Positions 1-8,721 of a stretch of DNA of 27,561 bases are shown here, piece by piece. The first letter of the stretch is position 1. The number at the start of each line of letters is the position of its first letter. The stretch covers positions 1 to 27,561 of IMG/VR virus record IMGVR_UViG_3300043468_000482; one strand, written 5' to 3'. The DNA comes from a virus (lineage: Duplodnaviria; Caudoviricetes). The notes beneath the pieces are model-generated. The model ran no database searches, was not told the DNA's origin, and was given only the letters and a program-made list of their open reading frames with translations. Both the position numbers and the translations under genes were made by a program.

Positions 1-1
1 C

Positions 2-343
2 CGGTGAGTTCACAAGGAAATCAACGGTGCTGGACGCTGCCGGATACGGACGAACCACCAATACGGAGTAACCCGTATTGCCTGGGGTCAATGCTCCAGC
101 GGTTGGATTCAGCACTCGCACTTTCAGCGTGTTAGCCGCTGAAACATAAGCGCCTAGCATGATGGTTGCATTGCCGGTAGATCCGCTTGCATATACCACA
201 TCGCCAACGGCCAAGCCGTTAACGGTAACAGTGTACTCGGCTGAAAGGTTAGAGCTAATACTAGTACCGGTAATACTAAAACCGATAACTGACTGGGCGC
301 GTATGCCGGATTCGGCTACGATATTTGGGCCTGGATTTGCCAT
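2..343 (-). CDS. Head accessory/decoration-like protein, partial (runs off the window edge)
   Basis: Not in the ORF track. ATG at 343-341 with GGAG RBS upstream; reads MANPGPNIVAESGIRAQSVIGFSITGT...VTVNGLAVGDVV...AANTLKVRVLNPT, beta-rich; directly downstream of the coat gene. Confidence 0.7.
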   Translation of the reverse strand, partial: MANPGPNIVAESGIRAQSVIGFSITGTSISSNLSAEYTVTVNGLAVGDVVYASGSTGNATIMLGAYVSAANTLKVRVLNPTAGALTPGNTGYSVLVVRPYPAASSTVDFLVNSP

Positions 344-360
344 TTTGAGATACTCCTATT

Positions 361-1602
361 TTAACCGGTTACGCGGGTAGCAAGTTCAGGATAGATCGTT
401 GACCAGCCGTAAAGCACGTCAAGACGAGTCGGCAACTGATCGCTGTTAATGTCGTACTGACGTACCAGACGAATAGACAGGCCATCGGCGGAAGCCCGAC
501 CAGCCATGTCAACGCCCTGCGGAAGCAGAAGGTCAGCGGTGCCAAGTGCAAATGCGTCCTTGTGGAACGCCAAAGCGTTAGGAACTGATACAGCCGCGCC
601 GGTAGATCCGGACAATATAGTGGCAGTGCCGGATCCAATGGTGCCGGTGCTGGAAGTCACGTTCTGGAACTGGCCACTGAACACTGGAACAGGGAAGATG
701 CTCAGTGAAGTGCTAGAACCAGGTGCATCAGCGGTAACAACGAAGTTACGCAATGCGCCGGTAGATTGGCGATTCTGCGGGTTGACAGCGTAAACGCCAG
801 GAATCGTGAATACGGTTCCTTTGGTCAGGGTGCCAGAGGTAGAGGAAACCGCCAGCGTGAACGTTGACTGAGCGTTGTTCTGTACGCTTCCGCCAGACTG
901 CGCGGATACAGTGAACGCCGTGGCAGTACCAGAAGTGAAGTTGCCTACGTTTTGATCCATTGCGAAGTTGAAACCTAACGTAGAATCACCCAACGCGCCC
1001 TTGTTGAAGATGCGCGAAATGGTGCCAGCAGGATTAAACAGGTTAGTCAGGCCGCTGACGATGCCAACTTCGATGGTGGGATCAACGATGAAGCTACGAT
1101 CCTCGTCAACCGGAGCGGCTTCTTGATTCAGTCTAGCGCGTGCGTCAAGAATGGCCTTAGTAGCCTGCGCCAAAGTCGGGGTGCCGGTAAGCTGCCCAAC
1201 GGTGCCGGTGAGGTTGTAAACGTTCTTGAACTGCTGCAAACCATCGTAGTCGATTTTGTTTGCAATAGCTGCAACTGCGGGCTTAATGAACCTGTCAGAA
1301 AAGTCTGAGATATTGAGGCTCAAGTCCTGCGTGGTAAACGCCATATCCACACCGAACTGGGTATCCAGCGTCAGCGGAACATAGGTTTCAACTGCGGATT
1401 CAATTTGAAGCGCGGGGCCGGAGCGACCGACATAACGCGGTGGCTTCCTACAGTTTATAGTAGTGCCGATTTTCGCGCCTTCAATAGCGAATTTATTATC
1501 GTATTGACGGTTTACGGCTTTGGTGAAGACTAACTGGTTGGTGAGAACCCGCAGGGCCTCATTAGTAATCATGCTGATAGTCAGCAGATTGTTACTCGCC
1601 AT
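361..1602 (-). CDS. Major capsid protein, P22 gp5 family
   Basis: 413 aa; N-terminal NNLLTISMITNEALRVL..., C-terminal RLDVLYGW; follows portal and scaffold; AGGAG RBS. Confidence 0.93.
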   Translation of the reverse strand: MASNNLLTISMITNEALRVLTNQLVFTKAVNRQYDNKFAIEGAKIGTTINCRKPPRYVGRSGPALQIESAVETYVPLTLDTQFGVDMAFTTQDLSLNISDFSDRFIKPAVAAIANKIDYDGLQQFKNVYNLTGTVGQLTGTPTLAQATKAILDARARLNQEAAPVDEDRSFIVDPTIEVGIVSGLTNLFNPAGTISRIFNKGALGDSTLGFNFAMDQNVGNFTSGTATAFTVSAQSGGSVQNNAQSTFTLAVSSTSGTLTKGTVFTIPGVYAVNPQNRQSTGALRNFVVTADAPGSSTSLSIFPVPVFSGQFQNVTSSTGTIGSGTATILSGSTGAAVSVPNALAFHKDAFALGTADLLLPQGVDMAGRASADGLSIRLVRQYDINSDQLPTRLDVLYGWSTIYPELATRVTG

Positions 1603-1741
1603 GGTGTGACTCCTAATAATAGCGAAAAAAGATAAAGTGATTAGCCTTATGTTTTTTCCCGCAGGTAGGAGCCTATCCTTCGAATGACCAGGGTACTGCC
1701 TGACAGTCTATCTCGGCAAAAAGATAGAAAGACGTGACGCT

Positions 1742-1750
1742 TTTATATCA
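1742..1750 (-). promoter_or_regulatory. Possible extended -10 promoter (TGaTATAAA) for the coat gene
   Basis: Directly after the scaffold terminator; no clear -35 box. Confidence 0.35.
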
Positions 1751-1762
1751 CAAAATCAAAGC

Positions 1763-1790
1763 AAAAAAAAGCCCATCATTGCGACGGGCT
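1763..1790 (-). terminator. Intrinsic terminator after the scaffold gene
   Basis: Minus strand AGCCCGTC-GCAAT-GATGGGCT (one G-U pair) running into a T tract. Confidence 0.85.
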
Positions 1791-1813
1791 AAGAGGGGTA
1801 GGAACGTAAACTT

Positions 1814-2692
1814 TTAACGCTTCATCATCGCCTGGCGACGTGCTAAATCTTCAGCGTTACGCGCTGCGATATATTCCTCGGTACTCATTTCTGAGTAGGA
1901 TTTCTCGTTGCGCGGTGGCTTACCTGTTGCGTTGATCGGGCGTATTGGTTGGGGCGCTCTGCTGGCCTGTTTAGCCGGTGTTCCGATAATTTCGGCTAAC
2001 TTCATGCCAGCTTGAATGGGATTCATGCTTGCAATTTGGTAAGCAACATCCAAATTGCGCCCCAGTGTGTAGGCAATCTCAGGGCCGTTATCCATACCCA
2101 ACAATGCTTGGCGAATCGTTGGGTTATTGGCTAGTCTAGGATCGGATGTAATTTGCTCAATCACTGCGTCATAATCCGCGTGTTTTGCTCTTGTGGAGGC
2201 TTCCGCTTCAACCAATCGAGCCTGAGCCTGCGCTGCTGCTTGCGCTTGTTCGCGCTGTTGATATTCCGCCGCAACTGCCTGCCTTGCTTCTTGAATCGCT
2301 GACTCGCGCGTGTACTGCATCATCGCATCAATGTAACGCGGATCGTACTGACCGCCAGCAAACTGCGACGGGTCAGGCGGCATGAGTCCTTGAGGCTCAG
2401 GAGCCGTCTGCGGCATGTACTGACGCATCATTGACTCTTGTTGCTCAAGTATCTTTTCAAGCCGCTCGGCCTGTCGTCTGGCCTCGTGCTTGTCTCGGGT
2501 CAGTTCATCAATGCGCCGCTTGTACCACGGGTCTTTTTTTGAATCGTCAGCGTCTGCTAATGATTCCTCGTTAGCCTGATCTTGTTCTAGTGATTCCGAT
2601 TCAAGTTCTGACGGATCACTCGCCGCATCTTCTACGGTTTCCGTTGTTAGATTATCGTCTACTGTCTCAAATACTGCATTTTCGTCTGCCAT
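1814..2692 (-). CDS. Capsid scaffolding protein
   Basis: 292 aa, acidic N-terminus, KRRIDELT coiled coil, GPEIAYTLG motif; lies between portal and coat. Confidence 0.85.
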   Translation of the reverse strand: MADENAVFETVDDNLTTETVEDAASDPSELESESLEQDQANEESLADADDSKKDPWYKRRIDELTRDKHEARRQAERLEKILEQQESMMRQYMPQTAPEPQGLMPPDPSQFAGGQYDPRYIDAMMQYTRESAIQEARQAVAAEYQQREQAQAAAQAQARLVEAEASTRAKHADYDAVIEQITSDPRLANNPTIRQALLGMDNGPEIAYTLGRNLDVAYQIASMNPIQAGMKLAEIIGTPAKQASRAPQPIRPINATGKPPRNEKSYSEMSTEEYIAARNAEDLARRQAMMKR

Positions 2693-2716
2693 TATGTTAT
2701 CCCCTGTGTTGTAAAC

Positions 2717-4885
2717 TTATTCAGACTCGCCAGGTTTTGCTTCGCCGGTAAGTGCTTCTGTATCGGCCTCGCGTGTCATGCTGCCAGCACCTCTAGCCGG
2801 TGACGGAGCGCCGCCGCCTTGTGGTTGTGGCTTTTGTACTGGCTGTTCCAGTTGCGCTTCCATCCGCTCAAATTCCGGCTGCTGCTCCAATGATTGTTGA
2901 GTGCCGATGCCCATCATGAGCATGATGTTTTCACGTACAGCCGCTTGCAACTGGCTGTCGGTCATCATTATTTTACCTTCAACTTCCATCCGTTTCGTTT
3001 CAGAATCGAACCACTCGCGTTCCTTTTCTTGCAGCAAAATGGCACGCTGATCGCGTAACTGCTGCATTTCTGCGCTCATCTGTTCCATTTGGTCAGCCAT
3101 CTGTTCAATCATTTGCTGAGCCTGCATAACTTGCGGATCTACCTTGTCACCGCCAGCTATTTGCTGTAACTGCGGAGGCAATAACATCTGAAGCCGTTTA
3201 GATATTTCCTCTGCGCCAGGCCAATCCATGTTTTTCATCATGAGATCGCCAATAGACTGGAACAGTGCGGGATTAGCTTGAGTTAGCGCCAACATCATAT
3301 TGGCCGCTTCATCGCGCTTAGTAGCATAGCTCGGGCCTGAATCGCACACCACGTCATACTGACCAATCGTAGGATTATAAATTGAATCTATTGCAGGGTT
3401 ATCAGTGTTGGCTGAAGCCTGCGGTAGATTAGGATCAAGGTTAACAGTGCGCGGTGTACCATCCTCGCCAAGTATGCGAGCAACGCGAGGCCGATCGTAT
3501 ACTTTTGGAATCATATCAACGATGATTCGACCGCAATGCCTGATTGAGCGGTTAAGATTATCTTGGTAGTGGAAGTTGCCGGTTTCAGATTGCTTTTGTC
3601 TGAGTAGCAGTGCGCGGCCTGACGTTTCATTAGACTGAGCGCCAAGTGACGGCTGATAAATGCCCATTGACTGCATAATGTCATTTTCAGCCAATCGGAT
3701 TGCGTCCATAATTGCGCTGCTTGCTTGCGGCGGCATAGCGCGTTGAGGTGCGCCGACTGGCGTTCCTGCGATGCTGACCGGATCATATTCCAAATAAGCC
3801 ACGCTTTCCTTGTTCGCCCTGCCCCAATTCGGGTCAGTCTCAAACTGACCAGCAACGCCAATAAATGGTGCTTTAGGTGCGAGTGCTACATTTTCCGCGT
3901 TGGCGCTCAAGTAGTAGTTGTACAGGCGCTGTGCGTCCTTGGCGTTACGAATCAAGCCGGACAAATAGCGTTTACCCTGAACCCATATTTCATGACCAAT
4001 GACTGGCACAACTGGAATGTATTTAGTCGGTAGTTCGGTACGCTCAAGCACCTTGTTTCCGGTAACTTTGCACCACATGCAACGCTTAGGCTGTATCGTG
4101 CGAGAGCGCCCTGTTTCCTCGTCGTATATTTCCTGCGCCTCGTCGTACTCAAGATAGTAATACTCTGCAATGCGTACAGAATCCTTGGTATACCAACCTT
4201 GCATGTCCCCATTTCCAGCGGCCTCAAATGAGGTTTCATCCACATCGGGATACATGCGCCTGAATTCATCCTTGCTGATTTCCTCGGCTATGATGCACCA
4301 TTCAGCATCTGAGCCGTCAGGCTGTTTGCTGTGTGGGTCAAAGTAAACCTTCATCGGGTCAGGGATGCGGTCTATAAATATATCCTGATCGAATGAAGTA
4401 TCGTCCACATAATCATTCCGCACTCTGAAATAACCTAAACCAGCGTCAACCTGCCACTCGACGGCGGTGTCGTACGCAATACTGGCATTAGAATTGTCTT
4501 GTATGTGGTGAACCAGTCCCATCAACACTTCGGCGGTTTCTTGGTCTGCGCCATCGTTTACCGGCCTGATTCTAATGCTTGGCGTGTTTTGCCTTATCTC
4601 GTTTACCACTCTATCGCGGAATTGTAGGAGCCGATTGACAACGAGCATGGGGCGCTCTTTGCCTGGCCTATTTCTGTCGTACTTGGCCGATTCGCTCCAC
4701 TGATCGCCGAGCCTTGCAAACCGAATGTCATTGAGCATTTCTTGTCTGACAGTCGCGCTAAACTCCACCGCGTCGCTAAACCGCTGGCGTATTTCTCTTA
4801 GCGTTTCTTGGTCAGTATCGTCCACGTCGGTATCAGCGCCAAGGCCGAGTGAGTTGTAAATGCTGTCAGTGTCAAGGTTTGCCAT
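2717..4885 (-). CDS. Portal protein, P22 gp1 family
   Basis: 722 aa; GDQW, RPMLVVNRL, KDAQRLYNY, SNETSGRA, GPSYATKR motifs; Q-rich C-terminal barrel; follows terL. Confidence 0.95.
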   Translation of the reverse strand: MANLDTDSIYNSLGLGADTDVDDTDQETLREIRQRFSDAVEFSATVRQEMLNDIRFARLGDQWSESAKYDRNRPGKERPMLVVNRLLQFRDRVVNEIRQNTPSIRIRPVNDGADQETAEVLMGLVHHIQDNSNASIAYDTAVEWQVDAGLGYFRVRNDYVDDTSFDQDIFIDRIPDPMKVYFDPHSKQPDGSDAEWCIIAEEISKDEFRRMYPDVDETSFEAAGNGDMQGWYTKDSVRIAEYYYLEYDEAQEIYDEETGRSRTIQPKRCMWCKVTGNKVLERTELPTKYIPVVPVIGHEIWVQGKRYLSGLIRNAKDAQRLYNYYLSANAENVALAPKAPFIGVAGQFETDPNWGRANKESVAYLEYDPVSIAGTPVGAPQRAMPPQASSAIMDAIRLAENDIMQSMGIYQPSLGAQSNETSGRALLLRQKQSETGNFHYQDNLNRSIRHCGRIIVDMIPKVYDRPRVARILGEDGTPRTVNLDPNLPQASANTDNPAIDSIYNPTIGQYDVVCDSGPSYATKRDEAANMMLALTQANPALFQSIGDLMMKNMDWPGAEEISKRLQMLLPPQLQQIAGGDKVDPQVMQAQQMIEQMADQMEQMSAEMQQLRDQRAILLQEKEREWFDSETKRMEVEGKIMMTDSQLQAAVRENIMLMMGIGTQQSLEQQPEFERMEAQLEQPVQKPQPQGGGAPSPARGAGSMTREADTEALTGEAKPGESE

Positions 4886-4898
4886 TGGGATTCCTGTG

Positions 4899-6164
4899 TT
4901 AACTCATCCAGTCGCCGGTACGATAATCGTCAGCGCGTCGTCTTTTAATTATATTATCATTTTTCAACATATCCACACACGTCGCAAGGTATCTAAACGC
5001 ATCAGCGCCGTGTGAATACTCATCATGCAATGGGCCGGTTGGCTGGCCTGTCGTTGAATTGATTGCTCGTCTGTAACGCTTTAAGCACTCTTGCAGGAGT
5101 GTTGTTTTCTCTTTGTCCATCCAAAGACGAGGAAACAACATACGCGCCAGCCGTATGCCGTGTTCGACTTCGCCAATCGGAATAATTTCGCAGTTCCAGC
5201 CGAGCGCCGTCATTATGTCTAGTGCGCTTTTGCCGGTCTTATAGTCTTTTGTAACGCCGTCATGAGGAAGCCACAATTTGCCCCAGTTATAAGGGCGCTT
5301 CTTAAGTTCGTTTGAGTACCAGTCTAGCGTGTGGAATGACTCTTGAATGTAATCAATAATGCGAATTTCTGAGCCTGCGCGTTGCGCCACGATGATAGTC
5401 ATCGCGTCGTTCCAGCCCAAATCGAAGATGCAATGCGCCTTGAGCATGGGATCATGAGTTACCAGATTGATTCGATGCTGATCCACCATCTCTTGAAACT
5501 CATCAGCGTAAATTGCGCCTTCAGCCACTATCAGCGGCTTGCCTTCCCATATGTTTTCATATTCTTTCGGTCTGTATTTCTTGCAGTGTAGCCTTTCTTT
5601 TTCTAAGACTTCTGGAAACCATTTGTTATCGTCATAATTCACTTGCACCACAACGCAATCATCCGGCGGCTGCACAACAAAACGTTGATACACCTCATCC
5701 GTTTCAAGGTTTGGATTTAATGAAAGCCATATTTCTGATCCTGGTTTCCTGATAGTTGGAATTAAAATATCAAGTGATTTTTTGCTGATATTTTGTGATT
5801 CCTCTAACCATACACGATCAACGCCTTCGTAACTTTTGACGCTTTCTACCGTGTGAGTCGCTAAACCAGAAAAATAAAATTCCGATCCGTTTTTGCCGCG
5901 GATTGCTATGTCTGTAACGTCAAACAAATAACCAAAACCCAACTCTTGTATTTGGTCTACCAAAAGTTGATGAACTGATTGTTTAATAGATTTTTGTACT
6001 TCTCTACAGCAAAGAATTCTAAGTTTTTTTTCTACTGATTTAATCAACAGGGCGCGAGCAAAAGCCCAGGATTTCCCTGAGCCTCTGCCGCCATGAAAGA
6101 CTTTGTAGCGATGCGGCTCAAACAATGGCCGCATCTTCGGTGGAAAGTGTGCGATTGTTTCCAT
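4899..6164 (-). CDS. terL: Terminase large subunit (PBSX-like)
   Basis: Walker A GGRGSGKS, CCREVQKSI, Walker B VWLEES, nuclease DLGWND and HGADAFRY; TGATG coupling to the upstream HNH gene. Confidence 0.95.
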   Translation of the reverse strand: METIAHFPPKMRPLFEPHRYKVFHGGRGSGKSWAFARALLIKSVEKKLRILCCREVQKSIKQSVHQLLVDQIQELGFGYLFDVTDIAIRGKNGSEFYFSGLATHTVESVKSYEGVDRVWLEESQNISKKSLDILIPTIRKPGSEIWLSLNPNLETDEVYQRFVVQPPDDCVVVQVNYDDNKWFPEVLEKERLHCKKYRPKEYENIWEGKPLIVAEGAIYADEFQEMVDQHRINLVTHDPMLKAHCIFDLGWNDAMTIIVAQRAGSEIRIIDYIQESFHTLDWYSNELKKRPYNWGKLWLPHDGVTKDYKTGKSALDIMTALGWNCEIIPIGEVEHGIRLARMLFPRLWMDKEKTTLLQECLKRYRRAINSTTGQPTGPLHDEYSHGADAFRYLATCVDMLKNDNIIKRRRADDYRTGDWMS

Positions 6165-6643
6165 CAGGCTATTGTTTGGAATGGATGAAGTTCTTTCTTT
6201 TTTGCCAAATATACTTCATGCGCCTGCTCTGGCGTTGCATACGATCCTAAACCAATTCGTTTTCCATCAATTACGATTTGCGCCCTCCATCTTGTGCCAT
6301 GCAATGAAACGCCCAACAGGCCACATTTATTTGTGCGTCTTGCGCGTTTTTCGTTTTGCATGTTTTGCGCACGAGTCGCTTCTCGAAGATTTTCAAAACG
6401 ATTATCTGATCGTACCCCATTGATATGGTCAATGTCGCCATTAGGATGTAAGCCAGTGAAATAGAGCCAAATGAGGCGATGAGTAGCGTACTCAGTGCCA
6501 TCAACAAACGTGCCGCTATAGCCGTTAGTTCGCGTTCTTTGGCTAATTCTGCCGACAGGTGATGTAGAGCATCGAGACACCTTGTTGATTAAAAATCCAT
6601 TCTTATAATCAAACAGCTCTTTCAGTCGTTCTTGCGTAATCAT
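6164..6643 (-). CDS. HNH homing endonuclease with AP2 DNA-binding domain
   Basis: MITQERLKELF start with GAGAGG RBS (preferred to the ORF-track start at 6733); HRLIW, IDHINGVRSDNRFENLREAT HNH core; WRAQI...LGSYATPEQAHEVY AP2 domain. Confidence 0.92.
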   Translation of the reverse strand: MITQERLKELFDYKNGFLINKVSRCSTSPVGRISQRTRTNGYSGTFVDGTEYATHRLIWLYFTGLHPNGDIDHINGVRSDNRFENLREATRAQNMQNEKRARRTNKCGLLGVSLHGTRWRAQIVIDGKRIGLGSYATPEQAHEVYLAKKKELHPFQTIA

Positions 6644-6674
6644 TGAATTCCTCTCGCTAAGGTTCGCAAATAAA

Positions 6675-6724
6675 AACGCGGCTGTCAGTTGCGAAAATCT
6701 GACGGGATGCCTCCCTGCCGCGTT
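6675..6724 (-). ncRNA. Three-way-junction leader RNA upstream of the HNH gene (C4-like architecture)
   Basis: Closing stem AACGCGGC/GCCGCGTT enclosing GGGA/TCCC and GTCAG/CTGAC hairpins; begins just after a TATAAT box. Confidence 0.6.
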
Positions 6725-6731
6725 GCAAAAC

Positions 6732-6737
6732 ATTATA
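6732..6737 (-). promoter_or_regulatory. -10 box of an HNH-proximal promoter
   Basis: Perfect TATAAT immediately after the terS stop; -35 not clear. Confidence 0.5.
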
Positions 6738-6739
6738 CT

Positions 6740-7024
6740 TTATTCACCAAATTTTATCTGAACCGAATGCTCAACCGGCCCACCGTCCGCGCCGGTCAGC
6801 GTCTGTTCAGTTCGCGCCAGCTTGGGGACGTGGTACTCGACGACAGACTGGAATAGCTGAAACGCCTTCTCTGGATTTTGTTGCGCCACCTCATCTAACC
6901 AGCCCTCAAGCCGATGCGCGTTGTTATCCACAAACATCGCTATTGCTTCGCGGGCTGCTGAAGTTGCTTTATTAGGCTTTCCAGCCCTTGAAACAGGATT
7001 TGGGTTGCCTTTTCCTTTTTTCAT
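6740..7024 (-). CDS. terS: Terminase small subunit (putative)
   Basis: 94 aa, GKGNPNP...AGKPNKAT N-terminus, C-terminal LTGADGGPV tail; upstream of terL. Confidence 0.7.
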   Translation of the reverse strand: MKKGKGNPNPVSRAGKPNKATSAAREAIAMFVDNNAHRLEGWLDEVAQQNPEKAFQLFQSVVEYHVPKLARTEQTLTGADGGPVEHSVQIKFGE

Positions 7025-7200
7025 AATTTTTCACTTTGAACATTCTGAATCGCTAACCACCGCTCACAAGAGTCCGTTGGCTCAACTATTGATTCTTCAG
7101 CTGAACCACAATTAAGAGTGCAAATACCGCTAAAAGTATCAAATCTATCGTAACCATAAAACTCACACGTTGCACAAATCTTTTCGACACCTTTAACCAT
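7021..7200 (-). CDS. Small Cys-rich hypothetical protein (probable metal binding)
   Basis: CATC...GIC...SCERW; overlaps both neighbours; start uncertain (7200 or 7221). Confidence 0.6.
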   Translation of the reverse strand: MVKGVEKICATCEFYGYDRFDTFSGICTLNCGSAEESIVEPTDSCERWLAIQNVQSEKL

Positions 7201-7429
7201 GGCCAGATTCCATGACCTCAATCAGCTTATCAAGATAGTGTTGCGCCTTTTTTATATCCTCAATCGCGTCACCTTTTTTGCCAGCGCGTGCTAGGTATTT
7301 AATTGCGTTGCCGCGCAAAAAGCCAGCTAACTGCTCGGGCGTAAACCATGACTCCATTGCTGTCCATGGTTGGATTTCCATTCGGTTGTAATGCAATCCG
7401 CCAACCTGGTTTGCATCTGCCTTCATCAT
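7193..7429 (-). CDS. DUF3310 (SaV / T7 gp1.7-like) protein
   Basis: QVGGLHY...IQPW...GFLRGNAIKYLARAGKKG..EDIKKAQHYL signature. Confidence 0.88.
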   Translation of the reverse strand: MMKADANQVGGLHYNRMEIQPWTAMESWFTPEQLAGFLRGNAIKYLARAGKKGDAIEDIKKAQHYLDKLIEVMESGHG

Positions 7430-7752
7430 TTATCTAACCTCGCATGCGCGTTAAAGTCGCTGTAAGCCTCAGGATAACGCTTTTTCAGCTTTTCGATGTT
7501 ATCTCTTGCTATGATTTCTAACGGCTCCCCTAAAACCTCACACGCGTAAGCAACATACCACAAAATATCCCCAAGTTCTTCAATCATGTGCTGGCGGTTC
7601 GGAGCGCCTTCATAAATCGCCACGCGCTTTACAGCGTCAGCGAACTCGCCGGCCTCCCCCGTTAAGCCAAGGGCGGCATGAATTAAGCCATCCTTAAAAC
7701 CTAAGTCCTTTGCCGTTCTGTTTGCCAAAAATTGATAGTCACGTAATTCCAT
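7426..7752 (-). CDS. MazG-like NTP pyrophosphohydrolase
   Basis: LGLTGEAGEFADAVKR, EELGDILWYVA and NIEKLKKRYP motifs. Confidence 0.9.
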   Translation of the reverse strand: MELRDYQFLANRTAKDLGFKDGLIHAALGLTGEAGEFADAVKRVAIYEGAPNRQHMIEELGDILWYVAYACEVLGEPLEIIARDNIEKLKKRYPEAYSDFNAHARLDK

Positions 7753-7754
7753 AC

Positions 7755-7988
7755 TTATTCCCCTTTTTTGTTTTGCCAGTATTGTTTCATAAATTTACTA
7801 CACTTTACCTTCTGCTGACAGCCGCATGAGGTTGAGCGGCCTGACGTCAAGTTGTGCAAGTACGATGTTCGGATCGTGCCGCAAGCACACTGAGCCGACA
7901 CGCAGCGAGTGTTGTGTTTCGATTCAACGTCATGAAGTATTCGCCAGCTACCGAATACTTTCCCTGTTACTTCTCGCCTGATACCCAT
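7755..7988 (-). CDS. Stand-alone Cys domain of the type found in HNH/AP2 endonucleases
   Basis: VTGKVFGSW...QCACG...NLTSGRSTSCGC pattern; GGTGGGGTGAG RBS-like sequence before ATG 7988. Confidence 0.7.
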   Translation of the reverse strand: MGIRREVTGKVFGSWRILHDVESKHNTRCVSAQCACGTIRTSYLHNLTSGRSTSCGCQQKVKCSKFMKQYWQNKKGE

Positions 7989-7989
7989 C

Positions 7990-8187
7990 TCACCCCACCA
8001 TGTCATGCTTGTCGTCGCCGCTCAGTTTAGGTAAACCACACCAATGAGTAAAACCGCCTTCTTCATAATACTGGCCTATAACTGCTGTGCCGTATTTCAT
8101 TCTTAATAATATCTTGGTTCCCGTTGGTGGCGGTGTCTTTGAAATCAGTTTCCACGTCGGTTGATATTCTGACTTATACCTTTGCAT
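7990..8187 (-). CDS. DUF551-like protein
   Basis: WKLISKTPPP...ILL...FTHWCGLP resembles the W..LP / THWMPLP pattern. Confidence 0.65.
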   Translation of the reverse strand: MQRYKSEYQPTWKLISKTPPPTGTKILLRMKYGTAVIGQYYEEGGFTHWCGLPKLSGDDKHDMVG

Positions 8188-8554
8188 CTTTAATCCTTGT
8201 TACTTCAACTATCAATCCGCCGTTCTGTGTTGGTACGCCATAACTAGCATGTATTTCCTCAACCTGATTATCGTTTTCGATAATCACGCCTTGAAGCGCG
8301 TCTAACGCCACCTTGAGGCAATTATCAAGATCAAGGATTATTTTGCTGGCCTCGCCTTTTGCCGTGAGTTTCGGAAGTAGTTTTATATTGACACAAATAG
8401 AATCATTGTGCAATACAAGCCCGTCTGTGTGAGCCACGGTCTTGACGTGCTTCTTGTACGCTGTCGCCGCCGCACTAGGCACCATGCGATTGCGAAAACA
8501 GCGCCAATAGCGGTTCGCGGAAGGTGGATAATCTAGTCTTAGGATGATGCTCAT
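8174..8554 (-). CDS. rusA: RusA-family Holliday junction resolvase
   Basis: YPPSANRYWR and DLDNCLKVALDALQGVIIENDNQV motifs. Confidence 0.9.
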   Translation of the reverse strand: MSIILRLDYPPSANRYWRCFRNRMVPSAAATAYKKHVKTVAHTDGLVLHNDSICVNIKLLPKLTAKGEASKIILDLDNCLKVALDALQGVIIENDNQVEEIHASYGVPTQNGGLIVEVTRIKDAKV

Positions 8555-8570
8555 TTTTTGCTCAATTTTC

Positions 8571-8719
8571 GTACTCTCAACACGCCGATCACCGACATCG
8601 GCACCAGTACCTAGCCTCTAAAGAGAGGCTAGGGTACTTGGGTACCGGTCTAAGTCGTTGATTTGATCCTTTTTGGTACCCTGGTACCCAACTATCAAAA
8701 AGGGTACTCATGGGTACCG
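8571..8719. repeat. GTAC/GGTACY iteron cluster with long hairpin; candidate replication origin
   Basis: GTAC at 8571, 8607, 8634, 8642, 8676, 8684, 8704, 8714; inverted repeat 8606-8638; immediately downstream of the primase-helicase. Confidence 0.7.
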
Positions 8720-8721
8720 AT

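Noticed and set aside
6644-6733. ORF-track N-terminal extension of the HNH gene
   Set aside because: Starts inside the -10 box and runs through the RNA structure; RBS and family N-terminus support ATG 6643.
7732-7752. LRDYQ shared by the MazG and helicase N-termini
   Set aside because: Short coincidence; it is the helicase Q-motif in one protein and a normal MazG start in the other.
7193-8187. Z-genome or other base-substitution pathway suggested by MazG and DUF551
   Set aside because: No PurZ, phage DNA polymerase or base-modifying enzyme in the window.
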